64,000 nucleotides of DNA from a candidate division WWE3 bacterium (GTDB lineage: Bacteria; Patescibacteriota; WWE3; UBA101185; UBA10185): NCBI GenBank assembly GCA_014729135.1, contig WJKK01000001.1, forward strand, positions 260,588 through 324,587, read 5' to 3'. Position 1 is the first letter of the stretch; each line of letters opens with the position of its first letter. Below, piece after piece: positions 20,238 through 29,894 of the stretch. Position numbers and translations under genes: made by a program. The notes under the pieces were generated by a model. The model did no database searches. It was not told the origin of the DNA and was given only the letters and a program-made list of their open reading frames with translations.

Positions 20238-21097
20238 GCAATTTTTGTTGAAATATTTTTGAATTTCTCCAAAATGGCTTCTGTTTTGTCGTCTCTATTA
20301 AAGTGGATAAACTTCAATGAAATTTGCTCACTTGTTATTTTCTTTGACATGTAAAACTTTTGCCCAATAAACGCAAAATATTCCAAAACATCCAAAACCC
20401 CAAAATTAAAATTCTTCTTTTTTTCCGGGGTTTGCCACCTAAAATTTGGGAAAAAACCCTTAATCCATGAATTAGCCTCCAAAAACCTCAAATAAGTATC
20501 CCTTTTATCCAAAATCGGCTGCATTCTTACAATTTCAGAAGCCACATACAAATTTTGCCTCTTACTATCCCACGCCAGATTATCTTCAGTAACAAGCAAA
20601 TTAGGGCACACTTTTCCCGCAGGATTCTTATCCGTTCGATACTTTCCCAAAGCCTTCAAATACAAAAACACAAAAAAACGCGTCAACCATAATCGTCTTT
20701 TTTTAGAAACAATGAAAACATCCACATCCCCTTTTTTATCCGGATTAGCAGCAGCTAGCGGTCCTGTTAAAGCAATCATTTGAATCCAGGGAATCTTCTG
20801 CAAAACTTCCAAAATCTCTACATCCTCTTTTACCTTTTTTTTAGTCAGCTTCAACTTCTTATCCCATTTAACCGTATGTTTACCAAAAAGATGATATTTC
20901 CCGTATTTTTGAGAAATCTTTTTTTGCTTTTCCAGTTGCCGAAGAGCTTTAACAAACTTTTTGTACTCATTAACTTCCGCTCCCACATAAGTCCCAAGTT
21001 GGTGAAAGCTTAGAGGATATTTGAAAACTGCGGAATAAGCCAGGGTCTCAAGAATAGCTTTTTTAAGGGTTTTAATATCAGGAGATTTTTTACTCAT
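20234..21097 (-). CDS. Nucleotidyltransferase-fold hypothetical protein
   Basis: LTGPLA.....GDVDVFIV resembles the Pol-beta NTase GS...DxD motif. Confidence 0.65.
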   Translation of the reverse strand: MSKKSPDIKTLKKAILETLAYSAVFKYPLSFHQLGTYVGAEVNEYKKFVKALRQLEKQKKISQKYGKYHLFGKHTVKWDKKLKLTKKKVKEDVEILEVLQKIPWIQMIALTGPLAAANPDKKGDVDVFIVSKKRRLWLTRFFVFLYLKALGKYRTDKNPAGKVCPNLLVTEDNLAWDSKRQNLYVASEIVRMQPILDKRDTYLRFLEANSWIKGFFPNFRWQTPEKKKNFNFGVLDVLEYFAFIGQKFYMSKKITSEQISLKFIHFNRDDKTEAILEKFKNISTKIA

Positions 21098-21175
21098 TTA
21101 ACTTAGCCCTTCCTTTGTTTTTGTAAGGTTTGTCAAAGCGTGTTTTTAAAAAGCTCCCTAAAATTAAGAAGAAAT

Positions 21176-21601
21176 TTAAACCTTGGAATTATCTAAAACC
21201 TCATTTACCAAAGCGTCCGCTTTCTTATTTTTCTCACGAGGAACGTGTTTGTAGGCCACGCGCTCTAACTCCAATTCCAAAGCCTTAATCTCATCAAAAA
21301 ACACCTTCAGCCTAGCATTTTTCATTTTATAAATTCCCCGAAGCTGTTTAACAATTAATTCACTATCTAAATAACATACCAACTGTTTAGCCCCCGCCCT
21401 AAGAGCAGCCTTCATTCCCAAAACTAAAGCAGCATACTCTGCTTCATTATTAGTAGCCTTTCCAAGATAAGTTCCCATTTCCTTTACAAAGCTTTTATCA
21501 GGGGTGCATAAAAACACTCCCGTTGCTGCCGGTCCCGGATTGCCTCTAGAACCTCCATCTGTAAATAAAACAAACTTGTTATTTAAATTTTTCGATTTCA
21601 T
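21176..21601 (-). CDS. rnhA: Ribonuclease HI
   Basis: FTDGGSRGNPG, TNNEAEY, DSEL and HVPREKN..AD motifs. Confidence 0.95.
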   Translation of the reverse strand: MKSKNLNNKFVLFTDGGSRGNPGPAATGVFLCTPDKSFVKEMGTYLGKATNNEAEYAALVLGMKAALRAGAKQLVCYLDSELIVKQLRGIYKMKNARLKVFFDEIKALELELERVAYKHVPREKNKKADALVNEVLDNSKV

Positions 21602-21627
21602 TTTTTAATAGCCTTTCTAATTTAATT

Positions 21628-22245
21628 TTAATTTTGCGCCTCTTTTAAATAATCCTTTAGTGCTAGGAAAAACACACCTAATCCCCAAGTCATAAGTCCC
21701 CCAACAGCAGAAAACACATAAAGATTTCTATAACCTTCCTGAATAACCGGCTTTTCCTTTACACGCGTAATTTTAAGCTGAGGATCCCCTTGAAGGTTAA
21801 TCTCTTTTGAAGTGTTTTCAATATTTAATGTCAAAGCTTCCCAAATTTTTGCAGCATTTTCAGAGGAGTTGTTTTTAACTTCCAGGCCCACCAATTGAGG
21901 TCCTCCATCTTTAACCCGAATTTTTCTTTCTAAATTTCGCAGATTTTTATCCGTAACAGGAATTTCCAAAGTTTCCAAAGCTTTAGCATGTAAAACCTCA
22001 TTTTCCAGAAGGCCTCTAACAGTGTCCGCATAAGACAAAGCTGTTTGCTGCGCATAATATCCTGAATAAGTGTAAAACTCTGCAGACTCTTCCGGGATTC
22101 GCGACACAAATAAAGTCCCTTTACTAACAAAACTTTTCGGTAGCGCAAAAAACGCAGTCCCTCCCAAAATCAACCCGCAAATAAAAAACACCGCTAAATT
22201 TTTCGCCGGCCTCTTAAAAAACTCAAAAAATTCCTTTAGTTCCAT
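21628..22245 (-). CDS. Wzz/CpsC-like polysaccharide chain-length protein
   Basis: N- and C-terminal TM helices flanking an extracytoplasmic loop. Confidence 0.65.
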   Translation of the reverse strand: MELKEFFEFFKRPAKNLAVFFICGLILGGTAFFALPKSFVSKGTLFVSRIPEESAEFYTYSGYYAQQTALSYADTVRGLLENEVLHAKALETLEIPVTDKNLRNLERKIRVKDGGPQLVGLEVKNNSSENAAKIWEALTLNIENTSKEINLQGDPQLKITRVKEKPVIQEGYRNLYVFSAVGGLMTWGLGVFFLALKDYLKEAQN

Positions 22246-22305
22246 AAAAACATTATATCGAATAAATTTTTGTTATATACTTAAATTAGTTTAACGACTG
22301 CCCGT

Positions 22306-25300
22306 ATGTCTAAAAATAGTGTTATTAAAAAATCGCCTTTGGCGCCAACTGTTCTTGTTGCCAATGGAATTTCCTTTCTTGGCCTTAATTTGTGCTCTGC
22401 TTTGCTTGATAAAGGTGCTCGAGTTGTTGTTATAGATCAAGTGGATGAGGAGGTTCGTTCTCGTGCAAAGAAGCTTTTGGCACATCCTAATTTTGCTTTG
22501 TTTAATGCGGATCCTGAGCAGGGGGTTCCCGACAAGATTCAATCTGTTGACTACATTTTTTCGCTGACGTATCCGGATGATTATACGCTGAAAAATCGTA
22601 ATTTGGTTTCGGAGGCTTTTGCTACTAAGAGTTTGCTGGATCTGGCTGTTAAGTCTAAGGCTCGTTTTGCTCTTGTGGAGCCGCTGTTTTATAAGAAGGT
22701 GTCTTCAAAGGAGGGGTCTCGGGGGAAGAGGTCTTCGTCGTTTTCACAGGCGGAAACTTTCTCTAGCCGTCATCCTGAACTTGATTCAGGATCCACCGCA
22801 CAAGACAACGATCAGGCAGGCTACACCTACAGAAAAAACAGCTCCTTTTTGCGGTCGCTAATTTGGGATTACATTGAAAATCGTAAACTGAATGGCCGCA
22901 TTATTCGTCTGCCCGTAATTTATGGTCCCGGCATGCCTTTGGAGTCTTCGATTGGATTAACTCGGTTTTTAAGCGCGCTTTTGCAAGGGAAGAACTTTAA
23001 AATTTTTGGAGACGGTGTTGCAAAAGGGCATTATTTGTATATTGATGAGGCTGTTGAGGGTATTATTAAGCCCTTGTTTTATAAGCGCACTTCAGGAAGG
23101 ATCTTTAAGGTTTTAGGCAGTGACTCTCATGCGGATTTGGAGTTGGCTTTTATTTTGAAGGGTTTGGCTAGTGGTGAGGTGAATTTGGAGTATGGTGAGG
23201 GGGGTTATGCGGAATTTGTTTTTGATACTTTTTTAGGGGAGGCAGTTCCTCGTTGGGAGCAGGAGGTTTCTTTAAAGGAGGGTTTGCAGCAAACCTTGGA
23301 AGGCTTTGGTTATGCGGTAAATGAGCATGCGTTTAAGCCTACAAAGGTGCTTGAGAATAAGTTGCGGGAACGTGAGGAGGTTGAGGCTATTAATTCTTTG
23401 TTGGGGTTGAAGCGCGATCAGGAGGAGGAGATTGCTTCGGGAGAGGTTGCGTATCCGGATGGTCTGGGAGTTTCTCTGCCTTCTTTACCTCGGCTGAGAT
23501 TGCCAAAAATAAAGCTGCCAAAGTTGAGTTTGCCGAAATTAGAGTTCCCGTTTTTCAAGGGAAGGATTCTCAAAGGAAGGTCAGCAAGGGTCAAAAAAAC
23601 CTCCGCAGTGAAATCCAAAAAGACGTCATCCCGGACCTCGACCCGGGAGCCTTCCCCAAAGGCAACCGGCTTCAAAAACGCCGGCTTTAATACAGCTCCT
23701 TCCAAAATCGGCACTGGCTTTAAAGGAACTTGGGTAGGCTATCTAATCACATTTTTAATCTTCATCTTCCTTTTCACACTGGGAGCTCCTTTAGGTCTAA
23801 CCGCCTACTCACTTAAAAAAGCAGCCACCTCTCTAGAAGAAGTTTCGCTTACAATGGCGCAATTGCAGACGAATACCTCCAAAGAATCTGCGGGAGACGC
23901 TTTTGCCAACTTGCATAAAGCTAAAAACTCCTTCAAGCGTTTAAGCTGGGTTTTTACAATCACCGGCCAAAAAGATACATACAAATCCTTGGATAACTTG
24001 TTGGACTCAGTCACCTATTTTACGGGCGCTTTATATCGCTCCTCTAAAGCCTTAGACCCCTTCAGCTCTACTTGGGATGTTCTCAACCCCAACTCCCCAG
24101 AGGTTTTTGCAACGGAAGACTTTGAAGCTAGTCGGCAAGAACTCTCCTATGCTCGCAACACGTTGGATCAGGCTTTGGCAAGCTTTAAGACAGTGCAGCG
24201 TGAAAATCTCCCAAAATTTGTGCAACCAAAATACGACGAATACGCCACTGTTTTGACTAAAGCGGATTCCTTCCTAAGAGATGCCTTGCTGCTTACCAGG
24301 GCGCTTCCCGACGTTGTAGGAGTAGATAGCGAAAAAGAGTATTTGCTGCTTTTACAAAACTCCAATGAGTTGCGCCCCACAGGAGGTTTTATAGGTTCGT
24401 ATGCAACCTTAAGCTTAAAAGAAGGAAAAATTCGCGAACTCACTTTAGATGACATTTATAATCCGGATGGCCAAATTGACAGTCGCGAGATTGTTTCAGA
24501 AATTCCCACGCCTTTAGCGGAATTTTTGGACGAGGAATACCTGCATATTAGAAATGCAAACTGGGATCCTGACTTTCCCACAAGTGTTGACCGTATAGAG
24601 GATCTCTTTTTTAAACTTGAAAATCGTACTTTTGATGGTGTTATAGCCCTAGATTTAAATTTCATTCAGTCGCTTTTGGATGTAACGGGTCCTGTCTTTT
24701 TGGCGGCTTATAACGAGGAAATAAATTCGGAAAATCTATATGAGCGCACGCAATATTACAGCGAGTTTGACTATCAAGAAGGGATTAGTGATAAGCGAGG
24801 CTTCTTGACGGTTTTAGGAAGCAAGCTTTTGGAGCAGGTTTTTGCGTTACCTTCAGAGGAGCTTCCGGAGTTTACTTCGCAAGTTTATCAAGCCTTAGAA
24901 GAGCGTCATCTGCTGGTTTCTTTGGATAATCCCACGATGTCTAACTTTTTGGCGGAGCGCAAGTGGGATGGGGCTATGGTGACTCCCGAGAAGGACTATT
25001 TAATGGTGGTGAACGCCAATTTGGGAGGTACTAAGGCGAACTATTTTGTGGAAAATTCTTATGATTATTCGGTTACGTCGGATACGCGTGATGGTTTGCT
25101 GCGGGCTCAGCTGGATTTGAGTTATAAGCACAATGGCCTTGATAATGCTTGGCCGGGCGGTCCTTATACTGATTATGCGCGTGTGTATGTTCCGCGAGGG
25201 GCTAAGCTTACGGGAGCAACTCAAAGTTTTGATAATGCTGTTCCGGAGAACGTCTTTGAGGAGGTTACGGCTTATGCAGAAGGAGATTATACGGTTTTTG

Positions 25301-25578
25301 CTTTTGATTTTGTTTTGGAGCCTCAGCAGGAGGCGCGTTTTGAGTTGAACTATGATTTGCCCGAAGCTTTGTCTTTTAGTAAGGAGAGCAAGGAGTATGC
25401 GCTGTATTGGCAGAAGCAACCGGGAACTAGTGAGGATGTTTTTAGGTTTGATTTTAAAGGACCTTTTGGAACTGAGATTGTTTCTTACAGCCCTGCCGGA
25501 GTGGTTAAGGAGAAGAATATTGCTGCTTATGAAGGTCTTTTGCAGTCGGACCAATCTGTTGACCTGGTGCTGAAATAG
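22306..25578 (+). CDS. Degenerate NAD-epimerase domain fused to a DUF4012 membrane protein
   Basis: N-terminal SDR-like fold (GISFLG, YGPGM, YLYIDE), basic linker, TM helix, then QNSNELRPTGGFIGS and NANWDPDFP DUF4012 motifs. Confidence 0.8.
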   Translation: MSKNSVIKKSPLAPTVLVANGISFLGLNLCSALLDKGARVVVIDQVDEEVRSRAKKLLAHPNFALFNADPEQGVPDKIQSVDYIFSLTYPDDYTLKNRNLVSEAFATKSLLDLAVKSKARFALVEPLFYKKVSSKEGSRGKRSSSFSQAETFSSRHPELDSGSTAQDNDQAGYTYRKNSSFLRSLIWDYIENRKLNGRIIRLPVIYGPGMPLESSIGLTRFLSALLQGKNFKIFGDGVAKGHYLYIDEAVEGIIKPLFYKRTSGRIFKVLGSDSHADLELAFILKGLASGEVNLEYGEGGYAEFVFDTFLGEAVPRWEQEVSLKEGLQQTLEGFGYAVNEHAFKPTKVLENKLREREEVEAINSLLGLKRDQEEEIASGEVAYPDGLGVSLPSLPRLRLPKIKLPKLSLPKLEFPFFKGRILKGRSARVKKTSAVKSKKTSSRTSTREPSPKATGFKNAGFNTAPSKIGTGFKGTWVGYLITFLIFIFLFTLGAPLGLTAYSLKKAATSLEEVSLTMAQLQTNTSKESAGDAFANLHKAKNSFKRLSWVFTITGQKDTYKSLDNLLDSVTYFTGALYRSSKALDPFSSTWDVLNPNSPEVFATEDFEASRQELSYARNTLDQALASFKTVQRENLPKFVQPKYDEYATVLTKADSFLRDALLLTRALPDVVGVDSEKEYLLLLQNSNELRPTGGFIGSYATLSLKEGKIRELTLDDIYNPDGQIDSREIVSEIPTPLAEFLDEEYLHIRNANWDPDFPTSVDRIEDLFFKLENRTFDGVIALDLNFIQSLLDVTGPVFLAAYNEEINSENLYERTQYYSEFDYQEGISDKRGFLTVLGSKLLEQVFALPSEELPEFTSQVYQALEERHLLVSLDNPTMSNFLAERKWDGAMVTPEKDYLMVVNANLGGTKANYFVENSYDYSVTSDTRDGLLRAQLDLSYKHNGLDNAWPGGPYTDYARVYVPRGAKLTGATQSFDNAVPENVFEEVTAYAEGDYTVFAFDFVLEPQQEARFELNYDLPEALSFSKESKEYALYWQKQPGTSEDVFRFDFKGPFGTEIVSYSPAGVVKEKNIAAYEGLLQSDQSVDLVLK
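22769..22794. repeat. GTCAT-type REP-like palindrome, in frame
   Basis: GTCATCCTGAACTTGATTCAGGATCC (encodes RHPELDSGS). Confidence 0.85.
23625..23651. repeat. GTCAT-type REP-like palindrome variant, in frame
   Basis: GTCATCCCGGACCTCGACCCGGGAGCC has the same GTCAT tag and hairpin layout. Confidence 0.65.
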
Positions 25579-25635
25579 CCTCCCGGAGTGATTTCTTTTA
25601 TTCACAATAGTTTGTAGAACCTCTATAATAAGGAA

Positions 25636-26433
25636 ATGAGGAAATATTTATCTCTTTTTAAAAGCCACTTATCTGTATCTTTAGATTACAGAGCTGATTT
25701 AATTGGTACCTTTATTCTAGAGCTATTGAGTGTTGGTAGTGCAATAATTTTATGGTTTGCGATATACCGTACGAATGAAGATGTTGGAGGTTACTCATTG
25801 GAGGAAGTTGTTCTATATTATGTGCTAGTGCCCTTTGTGGGGTTTCTTACATCTGTAGACGTATCCAGGAAGTTAGCACAAAGTGTACGAAATGGTAGCT
25901 TATCTAATCAGCTTTTAAAACCCTATAAGATTTGGCTGGATGCTTTAATGGAGGCTTTGTCAAAGAAGGTGGTGTATTTGTCTATCTCTTTACCTCTATA
26001 TGTCTTATTCTTGTTTCTTGGAATTAATGCTCGAGTGCTTTCACCGTACATCTTAAGCATTCAGAGCTTGCTATTAGGTTTTTCTTTTATTGTTCTAGCT
26101 TTTTTGCTTCATTTCTTTTTGGATTTGTTTGTTTCGTGGTTGGCTTTTTGGTTTAGCGACATATGGTCTTTTAAACATTTCAAACGCATTGTTTTTGCCA
26201 TGTTGGGAGGGGTCAGTTTTCCCTTTGATCTCTTGCCGGCAAATGTTAGGGCGTTTTTTGAATTACTGCCGTTTAAATATTTTTATTTTACGCCTATAAG
26301 CTATTTACTGGGAAAAGGTACAAATGTTTTAAAGGATATACTTTTGCTGTTGTTTTGGTTTCTCGTTTTTGTTTTATTGACAAACTTGATTTGGAGAAGA
26401 GGTATTAAAAAGTATGAGGCATATGGTAATTAA
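25636..26433 (+). CDS. ABC-2 family (DUF990-type) permease
   Basis: Six-TM protein with G.LS..LLKP and G..FP.D.LP motifs. Confidence 0.88.
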   Translation: MRKYLSLFKSHLSVSLDYRADLIGTFILELLSVGSAIILWFAIYRTNEDVGGYSLEEVVLYYVLVPFVGFLTSVDVSRKLAQSVRNGSLSNQLLKPYKIWLDALMEALSKKVVYLSISLPLYVLFLFLGINARVLSPYILSIQSLLLGFSFIVLAFLLHFFLDLFVSWLAFWFSDIWSFKHFKRIVFAMLGGVSFPFDLLPANVRAFFELLPFKYFYFTPISYLLGKGTNVLKDILLLLFWFLVFVLLTNLIWRRGIKKYEAYGN

Positions 26434-27232
26434 AGATCTGCCAAGGTACATAAGAATATATAGAGTATTACTGAAATTTAGTTTCATTCAAGCAACAGCT
26501 TATCCTGTAAGTTTTATTATCGAGCTTTTTGTGGAGGTTGGTCATCAGTTAGTATCCATCGTGTTTTTCAAAATAATGTATACAAACGTTGAAGAGATAG
26601 CAGGTTGGACTTTTTATGAAATTTTGTTTTTTGTTGGCATGAGTATTGTGGTCGCGGAAATATTTTTAGGCCTTGTATATATTTGGAATCTACGGGAGTT
26701 ACCGGAAAAGGTGCGCACCGGGGATGTTGATCTCGCTCTATTAATGCCTATTAACTCGCTCTTTAACTTAAGCTTGGGCAGACCCTATTTTACAAGTATT
26801 CTTTCCACATTTTCAGGGTTTTATCTTATGTTTTACGCTTTTGGTAAGTCAGGAAGTGTGTTCAGTTTTCCAAATCTGCTTGTAGGTTTTTTGATATTGC
26901 TGGCGGGTCTTGTGATTTGTTACTCCTTTGGTGTTATTTTCAGTTCTTTTGCCTTTGTAGTTGATAATGCCTATACACTGCCTTATATAGCCGAGAGAAT
27001 TTTCATATATTTTGCAGAGAATCCCCATCAGGTTTACAGAGGTGTGCTAAGGGCCTTATTCTTTTTTGTAGTACCTGTTATATTTGTTATAAGTGTACCT
27101 TCTGCAACTATATTAAAAGGTATCGATTGGAAGTATGTTTGGCAAAGCTTGTTGCTTGCGTTTATATTTTTGGTTGTTGCGGTAAAGACGTGGAAGCACA
27201 TGCTTAGCAAGTATTCAAGTGCAAGCAGTTAA
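26423..27232 (+). CDS. ABC-2 family (DUF990-type) permease
   Basis: IAGW, G..D..LL.P and C-terminal YSSASS motifs. Confidence 0.88.
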   Translation: MVIKDLPRYIRIYRVLLKFSFIQATAYPVSFIIELFVEVGHQLVSIVFFKIMYTNVEEIAGWTFYEILFFVGMSIVVAEIFLGLVYIWNLRELPEKVRTGDVDLALLMPINSLFNLSLGRPYFTSILSTFSGFYLMFYAFGKSGSVFSFPNLLVGFLILLAGLVICYSFGVIFSSFAFVVDNAYTLPYIAERIFIYFAENPHQVYRGVLRALFFFVVPVIFVISVPSATILKGIDWKYVWQSLLLAFIFLVVAVKTWKHMLSKYSSASS

Positions 27233-27239
27233 TAAATGT

Positions 27240-28232
27240 ATGGAAACTGTAATAAAGGTAGACAACTTAACTAAAAACTTCAGAGTCAGAGACAAGGAGC
27301 CTGGTTTTAAAGGTAGTTTGAAAGGACTTTTTAAGCGGGAATATAAGAATATAGAGGCTGTAAAAAATGTAAGTTTTGAAATTGGGCGCGGTGAGTTAAT
27401 TGGCTTTATAGGTCCGAACGGTGCGGGGAAAACTACTACGCTTAAAATGCTAAGTGGTTTGCTTTATCCAACAGAGGGGACTGTGGAAGTTTTGGGATAT
27501 AGGCCTCAAGATCGAAGTCATGATTTTCTCAAGAGTATAAGTTTGATTATGGGTCAAAAAAATCAGCTGTGGTGGGATTTACCTGCTATTGAGGCCTTTA
27601 ATCTTAATAGGGAAATATATGAAATAGAGGAAAAGAGTTACAAACGAATACTGGGTGAATTAATAGACTTGCTGGATGTTAGTGATGCTGTTCAGCATCA
27701 AGTGAGGAGATTGAGCCTTGGCCAGCGAATGAAATGTGAACTGATTGCTTCACTCCTTCACACACCGGATGTGCTTTTTTTAGATGAGCCGACGATAGGC
27801 TTGGATGTGGTAATGCAGAAAAAAATTCGAGAATTTATTTTGGAATATAACAAGCGCCATAATGCCACGATAATACTAACTTCTCATTATATGGATGATG
27901 TTAAGGAAATATGTGACAGGGTTATTATGATAAATGAGGGCAGTAAAGTCTATGATGGTGACCTGGACAGCATGATTAAAGAATATGCTGATTACAAAAT
28001 ACTTATTCCAATATTCAACGACAGAGTGTCACGAAAAGAACTTTCGAAATACGGTGATGTGGTGTCCTACGATCATCCTAAAGCTGTTATAAATGTTTCC
28101 CGAAGAGATGCTTCCAAAATTGCTTCTGAAATTTTAAACAACTATGATATTGACGATCTTGATATAAATGAGCCACGTCTTGAAGATATAATTAGAGATG
28201 CTTTTGAAAATGGCATTAAAACTGTTGTCTAA
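27240..28232 (+). CDS. ABC transporter ATP-binding protein
   Basis: GPNGAGKTT, LSLGQRM, LDEPTIGLD and SH motifs. Confidence 0.95.
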   Translation: METVIKVDNLTKNFRVRDKEPGFKGSLKGLFKREYKNIEAVKNVSFEIGRGELIGFIGPNGAGKTTTLKMLSGLLYPTEGTVEVLGYRPQDRSHDFLKSISLIMGQKNQLWWDLPAIEAFNLNREIYEIEEKSYKRILGELIDLLDVSDAVQHQVRRLSLGQRMKCELIASLLHTPDVLFLDEPTIGLDVVMQKKIREFILEYNKRHNATIILTSHYMDDVKEICDRVIMINEGSKVYDGDLDSMIKEYADYKILIPIFNDRVSRKELSKYGDVVSYDHPKAVINVSRRDASKIASEILNNYDIDDLDINEPRLEDIIRDAFENGIKTVV

Positions 28233-28266
28233 AGTAGTCGTTGAGCTGGTGTTGAAATAGTTTTTT

Positions 28267-28722
28267 ATGGATCACGTAGCAATTCTCAGAAAATCCAACC
28301 TTAAAAAGGGAGATGATTTGTTAGGGGACATTCTAGCGGGAACAAAGACTATAGAATCTCGATGGTATGTAAATCGAGTAGCTCCTTGGGATAGAGTAGC
28401 TAAAGGAGATACTGTTTACTTCAAGCAATCAGGATGCAATGTTACAGCTAGAGCAAAGGTTTCCAAAGTACTTCAATTTTCAGATCTAACTGACACAACA
28501 ATTGAGTATATTTTGCAGACTTACGGGCGGAAAATAGCCCCACATACTCCCCCCGAGGAGTTTATTGCCTGGGTTAAGCGGCAAAAGAAGAAACGTTATT
28601 GTATTCTAATTTTTTTGACAGACGTGGAAAAAGTGGAACCCTTTTCCATTGATAAATCCGGTTACGGCAGTGCTTGTGCTTGGTTGGTTACTGAAGATAT
28701 TGAGGAATTGAAAGCTTGTTAG
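28267..28722 (+). CDS. ASCH-domain protein
   Basis: I..G.KTIESR and GD.VYF motifs. Confidence 0.8.
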   Translation: MDHVAILRKSNLKKGDDLLGDILAGTKTIESRWYVNRVAPWDRVAKGDTVYFKQSGCNVTARAKVSKVLQFSDLTDTTIEYILQTYGRKIAPHTPPEEFIAWVKRQKKKRYCILIFLTDVEKVEPFSIDKSGYGSACAWLVTEDIEELKAC

Positions 28723-28922
28723 ACATTAGTTTCAAGAGAAGGAACATTTAGCGAAGGAACGAAATTTTCCACATTCTTAACTTCAACTTCTTCTCTATAA
28801 ACAACCATGTTTTATCAACAATTATTTTTTAATATCTCTCATGTGTGATCTGTACGAGATAATGGTCATTTTTGGCAAGGTTCTCATATAATCCACACAT
28901 TTTTGGATGATATACTGTCACC

Positions 28923-29864
28923 ATGCACATCATGCAATCCCCCATTTGGGAACAATTTAAAAACGCATACGGAACCACTGCAATTCGCGTAGAAAACACA
29001 CTCTACACAAAACACAGGATTCCCTTTACCAACAGCTACTATGCCTACTGTCCCAAAGCAGACCCTTTTAAAATAAACTTTGATGTCCTTCGCAAATCTC
29101 TAGCCCAAAACAACTGCATAGCTATAAACTTTGACGTTCCCAACATAGTCGACTCTTCCGAAGAGGCCTCAGAAGCCATGGAAATCTTTACAGAAGCCGG
29201 TTGTAAAAAGGCTCCTCGTGACACTTTTACTCCCTACAACCTAATCCTTGATTTAACCCCCTCCAAAGAAGATCTTTTAAAAAACATGCACTCAAAACAG
29301 CGTTATAACGTTCGCTACGCCAAAAGAAAAGGTGTAGAAGTGCGCGAAGAATTCGGCAAAAAAGCTTTTGAAATTTTTTACGATTTGGCTATAAAAACGG
29401 CGGAGCGACAGGGTTTTTACATTCATCCAAAAACTTACTACGAAAAAATGTGGGAAACTTTAGGCAATGAAGGTGTAGCTCATATTTTAAACGCTTACTA
29501 CAAAGATGAACCGCTAGCTTCTTGGATGTTTTTTGTTTATGACGAGGTTTTGTACTACCCTTATGGGGGTTCTGCTGCTAAATTGCGTAACCTTCAAGCC
29601 AGCACTTTAGTTGGTTGGGAAGGTATGCTTTTAGGTAAGCGCTTGGGTTGTAAGACTTTTGATTTGTGGGGAGCTTGCGAAGATCCCAATGACCGCAGTG
29701 ATCCTGAGTGGGGCTTTACCCATTTTAAGCAAAAGTTTGGGGCTAAGCATGTGAAATACATTCCTTCTTATGATTTGGTTTTGAATCCCTTTTTATACGA
29801 GAGTTTTAACTTTGCTAACAGAGCTCGTTGGACAGTGTTAAATTTTAAAAAGCAGTTTTCTTAG
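28923..29864 (+). CDS. FemABX/MurM-family aminoacyl-tRNA-dependent peptidyltransferase
   Basis: HIMQS..W, RYNVR.A...GV, YPYGGS, FDLWG and FKQKFG motifs. Confidence 0.92.
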   Translation: MHIMQSPIWEQFKNAYGTTAIRVENTLYTKHRIPFTNSYYAYCPKADPFKINFDVLRKSLAQNNCIAINFDVPNIVDSSEEASEAMEIFTEAGCKKAPRDTFTPYNLILDLTPSKEDLLKNMHSKQRYNVRYAKRKGVEVREEFGKKAFEIFYDLAIKTAERQGFYIHPKTYYEKMWETLGNEGVAHILNAYYKDEPLASWMFFVYDEVLYYPYGGSAAKLRNLQASTLVGWEGMLLGKRLGCKTFDLWGACEDPNDRSDPEWGFTHFKQKFGAKHVKYIPSYDLVLNPFLYESFNFANRARWTVLNFKKQFS

Positions 29865-29894
29865 GTTTGCGCTTTTTTTCGTCTGTGTTTGCAT

